Assembly: GCA_049578505.1 (NCBI GenBank)
Contig: JBAUMC010000096.1
Span: 26,693 to 90,692 of the forward strand
Length of the DNA stretch: 64,000 nt
Direction: 5' to 3'
DNA from: Bacteroidota bacterium
Lineage (GTDB): Bacteria; Bacteroidota; Ignavibacteria; UBA10030; UBA8401
Position numbers and translations under genes: made by a program. Of the stretch, positions 1-9,937 are shown one piece after another; positions within the stretch are counted from its first letter, which is position 1; every line of letters starts with the position of its first letter. The notes below the pieces were generated by a model that was not told the origin of the DNA, made no database searches, and was given only the letters and a program-made list of their open reading frames with translations.

Positions 1-1
1 G

Positions 2-679
2 GAGCAGGCGGCGGTTTTAAGCAGCGCCGGGTTGAAGAGAATAACTGTTAGCATGGATTCGCTCGATGATCGAACATTTGCCGAAATAACCCGCCGGGAC
101 TATTTTGATAAAGTATGGGAGGGATTGGCAATTCTCCAGACCCTCCAGATCTCACCTATAAAAATCAATGTCGTGCTGATGCGGGGAGTCAACGACAATG
201 AGGTCGGAAAATTTGCCGAGCTTGCCCGGACAAAGCCGTTCATCGTGCGATTCATCGAATACATGCCCATCGGTGCCGGCGATTCCTGGGATTACTCAAA
301 AGTCGTTCCGACGAGAGAAATAATCAAGACGATTGAAAAGCAATTTCCGAAACTTGTCCCGGTCGAATATCACGGCTCGCAGCCTGCTGACAGATTCAGA
401 TTTGAAGACGGAAAAGGCGAACTAGGGTTCATTAGCTCGGTCAGTGAACCTTTCTGTTCGCATTGTAACCGTATACGCATCACTTCCGACGGAAAGCTCC
501 GGACGTGTCTTTTTTCGCTCCGTGAAACCGACCTGAAAACGATGTTGCGCGGCGGCGCAGGAGATGAGACAATTTCCGAAGCAATTATTTCCGCGGTATG
601 GAAAAAAGAAGAAGGGCATCTCATCAACCAGCCCGGATTCGTGAAGCCCGGCCGAACAATGAGCCAAATTGGAGGATAA
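2..679 (+). CDS. moaA: GTP 3',8-cyclase MoaA, C-terminal part (5' end lies outside the window)
   Basis: The frame is open from the window edge. Motifs present: GLKRITVSMDSLD, INVVLMRGVNDNE, FIEYMPIG, and the C-terminal CSHCNRIRITSDGKLRTCLF auxiliary-cluster motif typical of MoaA. Confidence 0.9.
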   Translation, partial: EQAAVLSSAGLKRITVSMDSLDDRTFAEITRRDYFDKVWEGLAILQTLQISPIKINVVLMRGVNDNEVGKFAELARTKPFIVRFIEYMPIGAGDSWDYSKVVPTREIIKTIEKQFPKLVPVEYHGSQPADRFRFEDGKGELGFISSVSEPFCSHCNRIRITSDGKLRTCLFSLRETDLKTMLRGGAGDETISEAIISAVWKKEEGHLINQPGFVKPGRTMSQIGG

Positions 680-733
680 GGCATCGAGGGTATTCCCATA
701 AATTAAAAATGCCTCCGATATCAGTGCTTCATT

Positions 734-851
734 GGTAGTGGCTTAATTTGAATAAAGAATTGTCATGCCCACGAAAGTGGGCATCTATTGCGGTGCAAAA
801 AAGGAAAGTTTGGATTCCCGCTTTCGCGGGAATGACAAACTGAGCCAGCAC
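734..851. repeat. Compact copy of a mosaic GC-rich hairpin repeat (REP/BIME-like)
   Basis: Both ends match 51050-51243 almost exactly: ggtagtggcttaatt.gaataaa..attgtcatgcccac at the start and cccgctttcgcgggaatgacaaactgagccagcac at the end. It contains the hairpins atgcccac-GAAA-gtgggcat and attcccgc-TTTC-gcgggaat. Confidence 0.8.
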
Positions 852-867
852 TCTTTCCTCGATTTTA

Positions 868-896
868 TTGATTCTCTTCCCAACACTTCGTATATT
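868..896 (+). promoter_or_regulatory. Putative sigma70-type promoter of the nuoJ operon
   Basis: TTGATT, a 17-nt spacer, then TATATT, ending 40 nt upstream of the nuoJ ATG at 936. The same -10 hexamer occurs at 46440 and 55464. Confidence 0.45.
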
Positions 897-935
897 TATC
901 CATTTATTCATTGGAACTTACCGCGATATTCAACT

Positions 936-1451
936 ATGACATTTGAGCAAGTTGTTTTTTTCGTCCTGGCTGTCGTGGCTGCAATTTCCGCGGTGATGGT
1001 CATTCTACAACGAAACCCTGTCAACAGCGCCCTCTATCTCATCCTTAACTTTTTTTGCCTCGGTGGATTATATCTGACGCTCAATGCGCAATTTATTGCC
1101 ATGGTGCAGGTGTTGGTCTATGCCGGAGCGATCATGGTGCTGTTTGTTTTCGTGATCATGCTGTTGAATCTTGGAGATGAAAAACGGCTGCGGGAACACC
1201 TTGGCGTAAGGACATATTTTGGGATTGCGTTCAGTATAGGTCTCGTTTTGGAATTCCTTTACGTTTTTGCTTACCGCTCTGGGAGGACCATGATTCAGCA
1301 ATCTTCCAGTTCCGCTGAAATTGGAACGGTCGAATACATCGGCAAAGTTCTCTTTACTAAGTTCGTTTTTCCGTTTGAAATTACCTCGCTGTTGTTGTTG
1401 GCTGCGATTGTCGGCGCAGTGATCCTTGCAAAGAAAAAAATCACAGAATGA
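936..1451 (+). CDS. nuoJ: NADH-quinone oxidoreductase subunit J
   Basis: [40 protein letters not shown]...[22 protein letters not shown] is typical of NuoJ/Nqo10. The ORF-track start at 765 only translates the repeat, so the ATG at 936 was chosen. Confidence 0.9.
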   Translation: MTFEQVVFFVLAVVAAISAVMVILQRNPVNSALYLILNFFCLGGLYLTLNAQFIAMVQVLVYAGAIMVLFVFVIMLLNLGDEKRLREHLGVRTYFGIAFSIGLVLEFLYVFAYRSGRTMIQQSSSSAEIGTVEYIGKVLFTKFVFPFEITSLLLLAAIVGAVILAKKKITE

Positions 1452-1750
1452 TACCAATCGATTATTATCTTCTCCTTTCTGCGTTCATGTTCTGCGTCGG
1501 TGTTTTGGGTGTTTTGATCCGCCGCGATGCCATTATCGTTTTCATGTCGATTGAGTTGATGCTTAACTCCGTAAATCTATCGCTTATCGCTTTCTCTTCG
1601 TTTTTGGGGGACGCAACGGGGCAAATGCTTGTCTTTTTTGTGATGACCGTTGCGGCGGCTGAGGCCGCAGTAGGATTAGCGATTATTATTGCGCTCTTCC
1701 GCAACAAACAGACGGTGAATATCGATGAGATTAACATCCTGAAATGGTAG
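1448..1750 (+). CDS. nuoK: NADH-quinone oxidoreductase subunit K
   Basis: A 100-aa protein with three TM segments. [19 protein letters not shown] and [13 protein letters not shown] are NuoK hallmarks. The start overlaps the nuoJ stop (ATGA). Confidence 0.93.
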   Translation: MIPIDYYLLLSAFMFCVGVLGVLIRRDAIIVFMSIELMLNSVNLSLIAFSSFLGDATGQMLVFFVMTVAAAEAAVGLAIIIALFRNKQTVNIDEINILKW

Positions 1751-3684
1751 CTATGTATCCGTACGTCGGCCTTATCGTTCTCTTCCCGCTTCTGGGATTT
1801 TTCTTTATCGGGCTGTTTGGTTCGAGGATAAAATCGGAGAACCTCGTCGGGACTATCGGTTCGGCCGCAGTCGGCATGTCATTTTTTATCGCGGTGTCGA
1901 TTTTTATCGAGATGCTTTCATTCCCCGCCGGGGATCGTCAGCATAGTGTGAAACTGTTCGAATGGATCAACGCCGGTTCATTTTCAGCGAATGCCTCTTT
2001 TCAAGTCGACCAGCTTTCGATTTTAATGACGCTGATCGTCACCGGAGTGGGAAGTCTCATCCACATTTATTCCATCGGATACATGCATGGTGACAGGGGG
2101 TTCTGGCGATTTTTTGCGTACCTGAATCTCTTTATTTTTGCCATGCTCGTGCTCGTTCTTGCTGATAATTTTTTGCTGATGTTTGTCGGTTGGGAAGGAG
2201 TCGGCCTTTGCTCGTATTTGTTGATCGGTTTTTGGTATGAGAAGAATTTTGAAAAAGGTACGACGGGAGATGCGGCAAAAAAAGCGTTTATAGTCAATCG
2301 AATCGGGGATTTTGGATTTCTTCTCGGCATGTTCCTCATTTTCACCACGTTTGGATCCCTGAATTTTGAAACTGTTTTTTCGGCTGCGACGGTGTTCACT
2401 CGCGGCGACACGACGATCATGTGGATTACCCTATTGCTTTTTCTCGGAGCGACGGGTAAGTCGGCGCAAATTCCCCTCTATGTGTGGCTGCCGGACGCAA
2501 TGGCAGGCCCGACCCCTGTTAGCGCTCTCATCCATGCTGCGACAATGGTGACGGCTGGGGTGTACATGGTAGCGCGGAGTTCAGTTTTATTTGCCCTTGC
2601 ACCCGTAACGATGGATGTCGTTGCCATAATCGGCGTCATGACGGCGTTCTATGCAGCCACAATCGGCCTTGTGCAAAATGACATTAAAAAGGTTTTGGCC
2701 TATTCGACAATCAGCCAGCTTGGATACATGTTTCTCGGTTTGGGTGTAGGAGCATTTGCGTCTGGAATTTTTCACGTGATGACGCATGCATTTTTCAAAG
2801 CGCTCCTGTTCCTCGGCTCGGGGGCGGTTATTCATGCGATGCACGATGAGCAGGATATTCAGAAGATGGGAGGGCTCAAACAGTATTTGCCGACGACGTA
2901 CAAAACATTTCTTGTCGGTGCGATTGCAATCTCCGGGATTCCCCCTCTCGCCGGCTTTTTCAGCAAAGATGAAATTCTATGGAAAGCTTTTTCAGACGGC
3001 TCGCCGATCTTATGGTTTGTCGGTGCGGCCGGGGCGGGATTGACGGCATTCTACATGTTTCGGCTTGTGTCGTTGACGTTTGAAGGTTCGCCTCGATTCG
3101 ACGAACACCATCTTCATCCGCACGAAGCGCCGAAGACCATGACTATTCCGCTGGTCGTTCTAGCGGTATTGTCCGTTGTCGGCGGATTCGTGGGCATCCC
3201 TGAAAGTCTCGGCGGCGGAAATCGTTTCGAGCATTTTCTCGAACCGGTCTTCGAACGTGCGGATTCAAAAATGCTGTTACCGTATCACGAAGTCTCTGCG
3301 GTTGAATATCTTCTGATGGTTGTATCAGTAGCAATCGCGGTGACAGGAATTGTTTTCGCCCGAAGGATATACCTCGCGAAAAAGGAAATTGCGAACCGTG
3401 CGGCTGCGAAGTTCTCTCGAACGTATAATCTTCTTCTCAATAAATATTTCGTTGATGAATTTTACGATGCAACAGTCGTCACGCCTGTCGCAAAAGGCTC
3501 TGAAAAATTGCTTTGGAAACGTATTGACGTCGGATTTATTGACGGTCTTATAAACTTTGCAGCTAAAGCAGCCGAATATGCAAGTCAGTTTTTCAGACGA
3601 ATGCAGACCGGCGTCGTGCAGAGTTACGCCCTTGTTTTCGTCGCCGGTATCCTGTTTATTATCGGCTGGCTCATTACTCGATAA
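1744..3684 (+). CDS. nuoL: NADH-quinone oxidoreductase subunit L
   Basis: 646 aa. Contains [47 protein letters not shown] and a long C-terminal lateral-helix region. Confidence 0.93.
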   Translation: MVAMYPYVGLIVLFPLLGFFFIGLFGSRIKSENLVGTIGSAAVGMSFFIAVSIFIEMLSFPAGDRQHSVKLFEWINAGSFSANASFQVDQLSILMTLIVTGVGSLIHIYSIGYMHGDRGFWRFFAYLNLFIFAMLVLVLADNFLLMFVGWEGVGLCSYLLIGFWYEKNFEKGTTGDAAKKAFIVNRIGDFGFLLGMFLIFTTFGSLNFETVFSAATVFTRGDTTIMWITLLLFLGATGKSAQIPLYVWLPDAMAGPTPVSALIHAATMVTAGVYMVARSSVLFALAPVTMDVVAIIGVMTAFYAATIGLVQNDIKKVLAYSTISQLGYMFLGLGVGAFASGIFHVMTHAFFKALLFLGSGAVIHAMHDEQDIQKMGGLKQYLPTTYKTFLVGAIAISGIPPLAGFFSKDEILWKAFSDGSPILWFVGAAGAGLTAFYMFRLVSLTFEGSPRFDEHHLHPHEAPKTMTIPLVVLAVLSVVGGFVGIPESLGGGNRFEHFLEPVFERADSKMLLPYHEVSAVEYLLMVVSVAIAVTGIVFARRIYLAKKEIANRAAAKFSRTYNLLLNKYFVDEFYDATVVTPVAKGSEKLLWKRIDVGFIDGLINFAAKAAEYASQFFRRMQTGVVQSYALVFVAGILFIIGWLITR

Positions 3685-3700
3685 ATTCACATTCTCTATA

Positions 3701-5254
3701 ATGAACAATATTCTTACGTACGTATTATTCTCTCCAATTGTTGGGATTGCGCTTCTCCTCTTCCTCAAGAAACAAAACATCACTCTTATCAAATCCGTGG
3801 GGATTGGAACATCGCTACTTACATTTTTACTTTCTCTTATCGTCTACTTTCGATTTGACCCGTCGAATATACGTTACCAATTTGTGAACCAGGCGATATG
3901 GATCCAGAGACTCGACATCAGTTACAATATCGGGGTCGACGGGTTGTCGCTGCTCCTCGTTCTGCTCACGACATTTCTGACGCCGATCGCGCTTCTCACG
4001 TCATGGAGATCAATCACTGCGAGGCTCAAAGAATATGTTCTTTTCATGTTGCTCCTGGAATTCGGGATGCTTGGCGTGTTCCTGGCCTCCGACTTATTTT
4101 TGTTCTATGTTTTTTGGGAAGCGATGCTGATCCCGATGTACTTCATCATCGGTATCTGGGGGGGGCACGATAAAATTTATGCGGCGGTCAAGTTTTTTCT
4201 TTATACGATGGCCGGCAGCCTTCTGATGTTGATCGCCATCCTATCGCTGGGGTACTACGCATCGACAATTCCCGGGGGGTATTTTACCACGAATCTATCG
4301 ACGCTGTATCAAATTGCTCCGTCAATTCCGCACAGCGTTCAAGTTTGGATGTTCCTCGCTTTTACACTTTCTTTTGCGATAAAAATCCCGTTGTTTCCTT
4401 TTCATACTTGGCTTCCCGATGCGCACGTTCAGGCTCCAACAGCTGGGAGCGTCATCCTTGCAGCTGTGCTCTTGAAGATGGGAACGTACGGCTTGCTCCG
4501 TTTTTGCCTTCCGTTGTTCCCGCAGGTATCGTTTGAATTCACACCTTTGATTTCTACTCTAGCAGTGATCGGGATCGTCTACGGCGCACTCGTCGCAATG
4601 GTTCAAACCGATATCAAGAAGCTTGTCGCTTATTCGTCCGTCAGTCATCTCGGTTTTGTTGTCCTCGGGATTTTTTCGATGACCGAGGAGGGAATCCAAG
4701 GGGCGATGATTCAAATGATCAATCACGGCCTTTCTACAGGCGCTCTATTCTTGATTGTAGGCATGCTGTACGACCGGCGGCACACTCGGGATATCTCCCA
4801 ATTCGGCGGATTGTCAAGGCAAATGCCGGTGTTTGCAGCGTTCTTCATGATCGTCTTGCTTTCGTCAATCGGACTCCCGGGGTTGAACGGATTCGTCGGG
4901 GAATTTCTAATTCTCCTCGGATCGTTTAGGTCGGCATTTTTAGGGTCTCACGTCTACACTGTTATCGCAGCGACCGGAGTGATATTGGCAGCAGTCTACA
5001 TGTTGTGGATGTTTCAACGCGTCATGTTCGGTGCGCTGACCAACCCGGCAAATCAATCGCTGCGCGATTTATCGAAGCGGGAGCTGGCGGTGTTAATTCC
5101 GATCGTGATTTTCATTGTGTGGATAGGCGTCTATCCGTCGACATTTTTAAAATCCTCCGCAGTGTCGACAAAACAGCTTGTAAAAATGCTTGAACAAACG
5201 AAAAGCGGAGAAGTCCATTCGACCCTTCTAGGATCAAAGTACATCACTCGGTGA
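3701..5254 (+). CDS. nuoM: NADH-quinone oxidoreductase subunit M
   Basis: Contains FYVFWEAMLIPMYFIIGIWGG and FHTWLPDAHVQAPTAGSVILAAVLLKMGTYG. The ATG at 3701 was chosen because the ORF-track start at 3557 overlaps nuoL. Confidence 0.92.
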   Translation: MNNILTYVLFSPIVGIALLLFLKKQNITLIKSVGIGTSLLTFLLSLIVYFRFDPSNIRYQFVNQAIWIQRLDISYNIGVDGLSLLLVLLTTFLTPIALLTSWRSITARLKEYVLFMLLLEFGMLGVFLASDLFLFYVFWEAMLIPMYFIIGIWGGHDKIYAAVKFFLYTMAGSLLMLIAILSLGYYASTIPGGYFTTNLSTLYQIAPSIPHSVQVWMFLAFTLSFAIKIPLFPFHTWLPDAHVQAPTAGSVILAAVLLKMGTYGLLRFCLPLFPQVSFEFTPLISTLAVIGIVYGALVAMVQTDIKKLVAYSSVSHLGFVVLGIFSMTEEGIQGAMIQMINHGLSTGALFLIVGMLYDRRHTRDISQFGGLSRQMPVFAAFFMIVLLSSIGLPGLNGFVGEFLILLGSFRSAFLGSHVYTVIAATGVILAAVYMLWMFQRVMFGALTNPANQSLRDLSKRELAVLIPIVIFIVWIGVYPSTFLKSSAVSTKQLVKMLEQTKSGEVHSTLLGSKYITR

Positions 5255-6753
5255 GGAAAATTTTTTTTCGATCTGCTGTAAAAATAGTTTTCTTTCTCGT
5301 ATCGTTTTCGTCGCTGGCATTCGCCGGCAACGAAACGTACGCGGTGCAAGTGCCGTTGGTCATGGTTTTACCCTTTATCGTTCTTCTCTTCGCGATTGCC
5401 CTGGTGCCGTTCATAGACCGGCATTGGTGGGAGAAAAATTATCCTTACGTCGCGATCGGGTTGGGGCTTATCCCCGTAGCTTACTACTTTTTTGTGCTTG
5501 GCAATGAATCAAGAATGTTCCAAAGCGGCATGGAGTATTTCAGTTTCATCGTTCTCATCGGTTCGCTCTTTGTAGTCTCAGGCGGCATTCATATCCGCAT
5601 CAAGGGAAAATCAAAGCCACTGGCAAATGTCGTGCTGCTTATGATAGGCGCTGTGGCTGCCAATGTACTCGGGACAACCGGTGCGTCGATGATTTTGATT
5701 AGGCCCTTTCTCCGTGTCAATAAATATCGATTGCGCGGATTTCATGTCGTCTTCTTTATCTTTGTTGTCAGCAATATAGGGGGGGCGCTTACACCGATCG
5801 GCCCCCCGCTTTTTCTCGGCTATTTAAAAGGGGTTCCCTTCTGGTGGGTTCTCCAATCTGTTTGGCATATGTGGATCATCGCGCTTGCGATGGTCCTGGC
5901 GGTTTTTTTTGTCATAGACACAATCAGTTTCCGGAAGTTCGAAGCCGGCTCCAAACATGTCCCCGCCTCACAGCTGCACGAGGAGGCAGAAGTCGGTGGA
6001 ATACACAACATCTTCTTTCTCGCCGTGATAGTGGTTGCGGTGTTCTTAGAAAATCCTCCGTTTATTCGTGAGGCCTTAATGATAGCAGCTGCAGCCGGAT
6101 CCTATTTCACCACACGAAAGGAAATTCACGTCAAGAACGATTTCAATTTTGTGCCGATCAAAGAGGTTGCTATCCTTTTTGTTGGAATATTCGCGACGAT
6201 GGTTCCGGCCCTCGACTGGCTGGAACTCAACGCCGCGTCGACCGGCATCACGAAAGCGGGACAATTCTATTGGGGGACAGGAGCTCTCTCAGCCGTGTTG
6301 GATAATGCGCCGGCATATCTCAATTTTCTCAGCGCATCGATCGGGTTGTTCGTTGACCAAAACATAGTTGCCCAGGTGCAACATCTCGTGGCAACCCATG
6401 GTTCGAATATAGCATCGATCAACAATATCCATGCGGATGAAATCAGGAACACGTTTGGTGCACTCACGAAATTCCATCCTGAGCTTGTTGCGGCGGGAGG
6501 CGTATCCCTTTCTGTCGTTCAGGTTTCGTACTTAATTGGCAACCATGACGTCTATTTGAAAGCGATTTCATTGGGGGCAGTATTTTTTGGCGCATGTACG
6601 TATATCGGCAATGGTCCGAATTTTATGGTAAAATCCATTGCTGAGCAGAGCGGTGTAGCAATGCCCTCATTTTTCGGATATATTGTGCGATACACTATTC
6701 CCGTGCTGCTTCCGACATTTGCCCTGATTTGGTTTTTGTTCTTTCGTTCATAG
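5251..6753 (+). CDS. NhaD/ArsB/CitMHS-superfamily ion transporter (putative Na+/H+ antiporter) embedded between nuoM and nuoN
   Basis: A 500-aa polytopic membrane protein. Contains DRHWWEKNYPYV, GALTPIGPPLFLGYLKGVPFWW and LDNAPAYLNF. Its GTG start overlaps the nuoM stop. The family assignment is from remembered motifs only. Confidence 0.55.
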   Translation: MRKIFFRSAVKIVFFLVSFSSLAFAGNETYAVQVPLVMVLPFIVLLFAIALVPFIDRHWWEKNYPYVAIGLGLIPVAYYFFVLGNESRMFQSGMEYFSFIVLIGSLFVVSGGIHIRIKGKSKPLANVVLLMIGAVAANVLGTTGASMILIRPFLRVNKYRLRGFHVVFFIFVVSNIGGALTPIGPPLFLGYLKGVPFWWVLQSVWHMWIIALAMVLAVFFVIDTISFRKFEAGSKHVPASQLHEEAEVGGIHNIFFLAVIVVAVFLENPPFIREALMIAAAAGSYFTTRKEIHVKNDFNFVPIKEVAILFVGIFATMVPALDWLELNAASTGITKAGQFYWGTGALSAVLDNAPAYLNFLSASIGLFVDQNIVAQVQHLVATHGSNIASINNIHADEIRNTFGALTKFHPELVAAGGVSLSVVQVSYLIGNHDVYLKAISLGAVFFGACTYIGNGPNFMVKSIAEQSGVAMPSFFGYIVRYTIPVLLPTFALIWFLFFRS

Positions 6754-6774
6754 ATTTTTGTAGAGGTTAAGAGT

Positions 6775-8199
6775 ATGGTTTTTTCATATTCAGATTTGTA
6801 CGGCATATCTCCCGTTCTTACAGTTTCGCTCACGGCGCTCATCGCGCTCATCGTAAAATCGGCCATGCGAAAGAGTGAAACGACACTCCTTATCGTCGGG
6901 ATCGTTGGGATTCTTATCAGCATGATTTTTAGCGTTATTACCTTCTCCCTGAGCACTACCGCCTTTAACGATATGGTGCTCGTCGGCGGCTACGCGAGTT
7001 TCTTCGACCTTCTCTTCCTTACCGTTGGATTGCTCACGTTTCTCCTTTCTGAATCATATTTGAAAAAAGAGCATATCAATTTCGGCGAGTTTTATGTGCT
7101 TGTCCTTCTTGCAGTTGCAGGAATGATGTTGATGGGTTCATCTGCTGATTTGATCACGCTGTTCCTTGGCATCGAATTGATGTCGGTATGTTTTTACATT
7201 CTTGCCGGATTTATGAGAACCAGGAATAGCTCGAATGAAGCGGCGCTGAAATATTTTCTCCTTGGAGCATTTGCTACCGGGTTTCTTCTCTACGGCATCG
7301 CGCTTGTGTATGGGACGACAGGCACAACAAATTTATTGCGGATTGCCGCACGGCATCCGAGTGCAGCGGTGCAGCCGTGGTACAGCGTAGGGTTTGGATT
7401 GCTGCTCATCGGTCTTTCGTTCAAGGTTGCGGCCGTGCCGTTTCATATGTGGGCTCCGGACGTGTATGAGGGGTCGCCGACTACGGTATCCGGAATGATG
7501 TCCACCGGCGGGAAAGCCGCGGCGTTTGCCGCATTTGTCCTGGTTTTTTCGATTCCGATGGCACAGCATGATGAAGGATTAAAGTTTATTCTCGCGGTGA
7601 TTGCTGCGGGTTCGATGATTGTCGGTAATCTTTTCGGACTGGCTCAAACTAATCTTAAACGCATGCTTGCGTATTCCAGCGTTGCACATGCCGGATACAT
7701 GCTGATCGGCATTGCATCGGGGCAGCCGCTTGGCCAGCAAGGTATTCTCTTTTACCTTGTGTCCTATGCGTTCACAAACCTTGGTGCATTTGGCATCATT
7801 TCGATCCTTGAAAAAGAGTCCGGCGAGAATGTCACGTACGAGGATTATGCAGGGCTTGGCACACGCAAACCTGTCCTTGCAGGCCTGCTGGCCGCGTTCA
7901 TGTTCTCGTTGACGGGCATTCCGCCTTTCGCCGGGTTCGTAGGAAAATATTATCTCTTTACAAGTGCGGTCGAGTCAAATTTAACATGGCTCGCAATTCT
8001 CGGCGTAGTAACGAGCCTGCTGTCGGCCTTTTATTACCTTCGTGTCGTCGTCTATATGTATTTTCGCGACACGAAGGAAACGGCGGAAATTCACCTCCCT
8101 CGCCTTGCGTTTTGTGCGATCTTTATTTCCGCGCTTGGAATTATCATTCTCGGAATACTTCCTTCACTCATATTGAATGTTACACAATTGCTTTTTTGA
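6775..8199 (+). CDS. nuoN: NADH-quinone oxidoreductase subunit N
   Basis: Contains GIELMSVCFYILAGF, KVAAVPFHMWAPDVYEGSPT and LAYSSVAHAGYML. Confidence 0.92.
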   Translation: MVFSYSDLYGISPVLTVSLTALIALIVKSAMRKSETTLLIVGIVGILISMIFSVITFSLSTTAFNDMVLVGGYASFFDLLFLTVGLLTFLLSESYLKKEHINFGEFYVLVLLAVAGMMLMGSSADLITLFLGIELMSVCFYILAGFMRTRNSSNEAALKYFLLGAFATGFLLYGIALVYGTTGTTNLLRIAARHPSAAVQPWYSVGFGLLLIGLSFKVAAVPFHMWAPDVYEGSPTTVSGMMSTGGKAAAFAAFVLVFSIPMAQHDEGLKFILAVIAAGSMIVGNLFGLAQTNLKRMLAYSSVAHAGYMLIGIASGQPLGQQGILFYLVSYAFTNLGAFGIISILEKESGENVTYEDYAGLGTRKPVLAGLLAAFMFSLTGIPPFAGFVGKYYLFTSAVESNLTWLAILGVVTSLLSAFYYLRVVVYMYFRDTKETAEIHLPRLAFCAIFISALGIIILGILPSLILNVTQLLF

Positions 8200-8219
8200 T
8201 ATTCATTCTCGAATATGTA

Positions 8220-8261
8220 CCGTCCATTTTTGTTGCTGGTGAATGGACGGTTTTCTTTTTT
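8220..8261 (+). terminator. Rho-independent terminator after nuoN
   Basis: A perfect 9-bp stem, ccgtccatt (8220-8228) pairing with aatggacgg (8242-8250), followed by ttttctttttt. Confidence 0.7.
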
Positions 8262-8270
8262 GGAGCATTT

Positions 8271-9839
8271 GTGATTTCTCTTGTCACCGCTCAACATATG
8301 AAGGAACTAGACGATCTGGCGGTTCGCCGATACGGGATTCCCTCGCTGCTTCTGATGGAAAATGCCGGACGCTCTGTCGTCGAGGAGATCGAACGTCGAT
8401 TCGGGGCGACAGCAGGGAAAGCAATTCTTGTTATTTCGGGGAAAGGCAAGAACGGAGGCGACGGAATTGTTGCAGCCCGGTATGCGATAGACCGTGGAGC
8501 GGACACGACTATTCTTTTCTTGGGAGATGAAGCTGATCTACGAGACGATGTCAAGACGAATTACGATATTTTAAAAAAGACGGCCGATCCCAATTTGACT
8601 ATTCTACACACTTTCAATAAAAAAGATTTGTCTCGAAAGAAATTCGATTTCATCATTGATGCGATTTTTGGAACGTCGTTTCGCGGCGAAGTAAAAGGCA
8701 ATTTCAAAAACGTAATTGAGTGGATTAATCTGCAGCACGATTCAAAAATCATTGCCGTCGATATTCCTTCGGGTCTTGATGCATCATCGGGTGAATGTTC
8801 TTCGACGGTTGTTAAAGCATGTCTTACTGTGACGATGGTGTTGCCAAAGGTCGGTTTGTATCTGGGAAAGGGGAGGGAGTATGCAGGCTCCGTTGCTGTC
8901 TCTGATATTCAGATACCCGATCGTTTGCTAGAAGAAAAGAAATCTGCTGTATCTCTCGTCGAGGAGAACGACGTTTGCAATGGATTGCCCGTGAGATCGA
9001 TCGCGGCGCATAAGCAGAGCGTTGGAAGAATTTTCGTGCTTGCCGGATCGAAAGGTTTGACGGGAGCAGCATTACTCTGCTCGCAGTCAGCGATGAAGGC
9101 AGGAGCGGGTGCGGTCGTACTTGGAATACCGTCTGCCGTATTCCCGGCGGTTTCGCGGCGAACTCTGGAGGTAATGCCGTTTGAGCTGCCTTCGACTCCC
9201 GATGGTTCACTAGCATCTTCAGGCTTGAAAGACATTGAGCAAAAAATGAAGTGGGCGGATGTTATGCTCATCGGTCCCGGTTTATCGCAGAACGCGGAGA
9301 CTCAAAAAATCGTACAAAAAATAATTTCCACCTCGAGAAAGACGCTCGTCATCGATGCCGACGGGCTGAATGCATTGGCAAAGGAGATCTCTATTCTTCG
9401 CAGAAGAAAGTGCAAATCTGTTGTTCTTACTCCGCACTTGGGAGAATTTTCCCGACTAGTTGCATTGCCCGCCGGCGAGATTGAAAAGAATAAGCTCGAC
9501 ATTGCGCGGTCATTTGCCCGAAAAAATGATGTTATTCTGGTGCTGAAAGGTGCGCCTACAATTATCGCCGTGCCCGACGGTGATGTGTTTGTCAATCCGA
9601 CAGGAAATGCGGGGATGGCGACTGCAGGATCTGGAGATGTTCTCGCCGGAGTTATTGCCGCCCTTATCGGTCAACATAGTACGCCAGCTCAGGCGGCCAT
9701 CAATGGCGTCTACGTTCACGGGCGTGCAGGAGACCTTGCGCGCGATGATATCGGTGAAATGGGAATGATCGCCAGCGATATTATGAGCCATATCCCAGCC
9801 GTTCTGCGAATATTACAGGGTGGAAGGAACAGAACGTAG
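8271..9839 (+). CDS. nnr: Bifunctional NAD(P)H-hydrate repair enzyme (epimerase / ADP-dependent dehydratase)
   Basis: YjeF N-terminal motifs (MKELDDLAVRRYGIPSLLLMENAGR, GKGKNGGDG) plus a C-terminal carbohydrate-kinase part (GSKGLTGAALLC, GSGDVLAG). The start is GTG 8271 or ATG 8298. The ORF-track start at 7986 overlaps nuoN and the terminator. Confidence 0.88.
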   Translation: MISLVTAQHMKELDDLAVRRYGIPSLLLMENAGRSVVEEIERRFGATAGKAILVISGKGKNGGDGIVAARYAIDRGADTTILFLGDEADLRDDVKTNYDILKKTADPNLTILHTFNKKDLSRKKFDFIIDAIFGTSFRGEVKGNFKNVIEWINLQHDSKIIAVDIPSGLDASSGECSSTVVKACLTVTMVLPKVGLYLGKGREYAGSVAVSDIQIPDRLLEEKKSAVSLVEENDVCNGLPVRSIAAHKQSVGRIFVLAGSKGLTGAALLCSQSAMKAGAGAVVLGIPSAVFPAVSRRTLEVMPFELPSTPDGSLASSGLKDIEQKMKWADVMLIGPGLSQNAETQKIVQKIISTSRKTLVIDADGLNALAKEISILRRRKCKSVVLTPHLGEFSRLVALPAGEIEKNKLDIARSFARKNDVILVLKGAPTIIAVPDGDVFVNPTGNAGMATAGSGDVLAGVIAALIGQHSTPAQAAINGVYVHGRAGDLARDDIGEMGMIASDIMSHIPAVLRILQGGRNRT

Positions 9840-9937
9840 ACGGCAAAGGCGTTCACACGCATAATCTTTTAACGTCGACGAGACGTTGTGCCGGAATCAG
9901 TGGAAATTAAAACAAAAACTCGCCTGGCTTGAAAAGT

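Noticed and set aside
729-935. ORF-track entries 765..1451 (N-terminal extension MPTKVGIYCGAKKESLDSRFRGNDK...) and 729..911 on the minus strand (..FVIPAKAGIQ..)
   Set aside because: These peptides are simply translations of the hairpin repeat element, and the same DNA recurs at 51050-51243. The real nuoJ starts at ATG 936, downstream of a promoter.
3557-3700. Upstream ORF extensions of nuoM (3557), the SxtJ-like gene (17545), the DUF5989 gene (18057), the GWxTD gene (46417), metY (55833) and the malE-like gene (41750)
   Set aside because: These extensions overlap preceding genes or promoters and add non-homologous residues. The internal starts give canonical N-termini, signal peptides or RBS spacing.
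7986-8270. The 5' extension of the nnr ORF (start at 7986), which overlaps nuoN
   Set aside because: It is out of frame within nuoN, crosses the nuoN terminator, and has a low-complexity Arg/Ser-rich sequence. YjeF N-terminal homology begins near 8271-8298.
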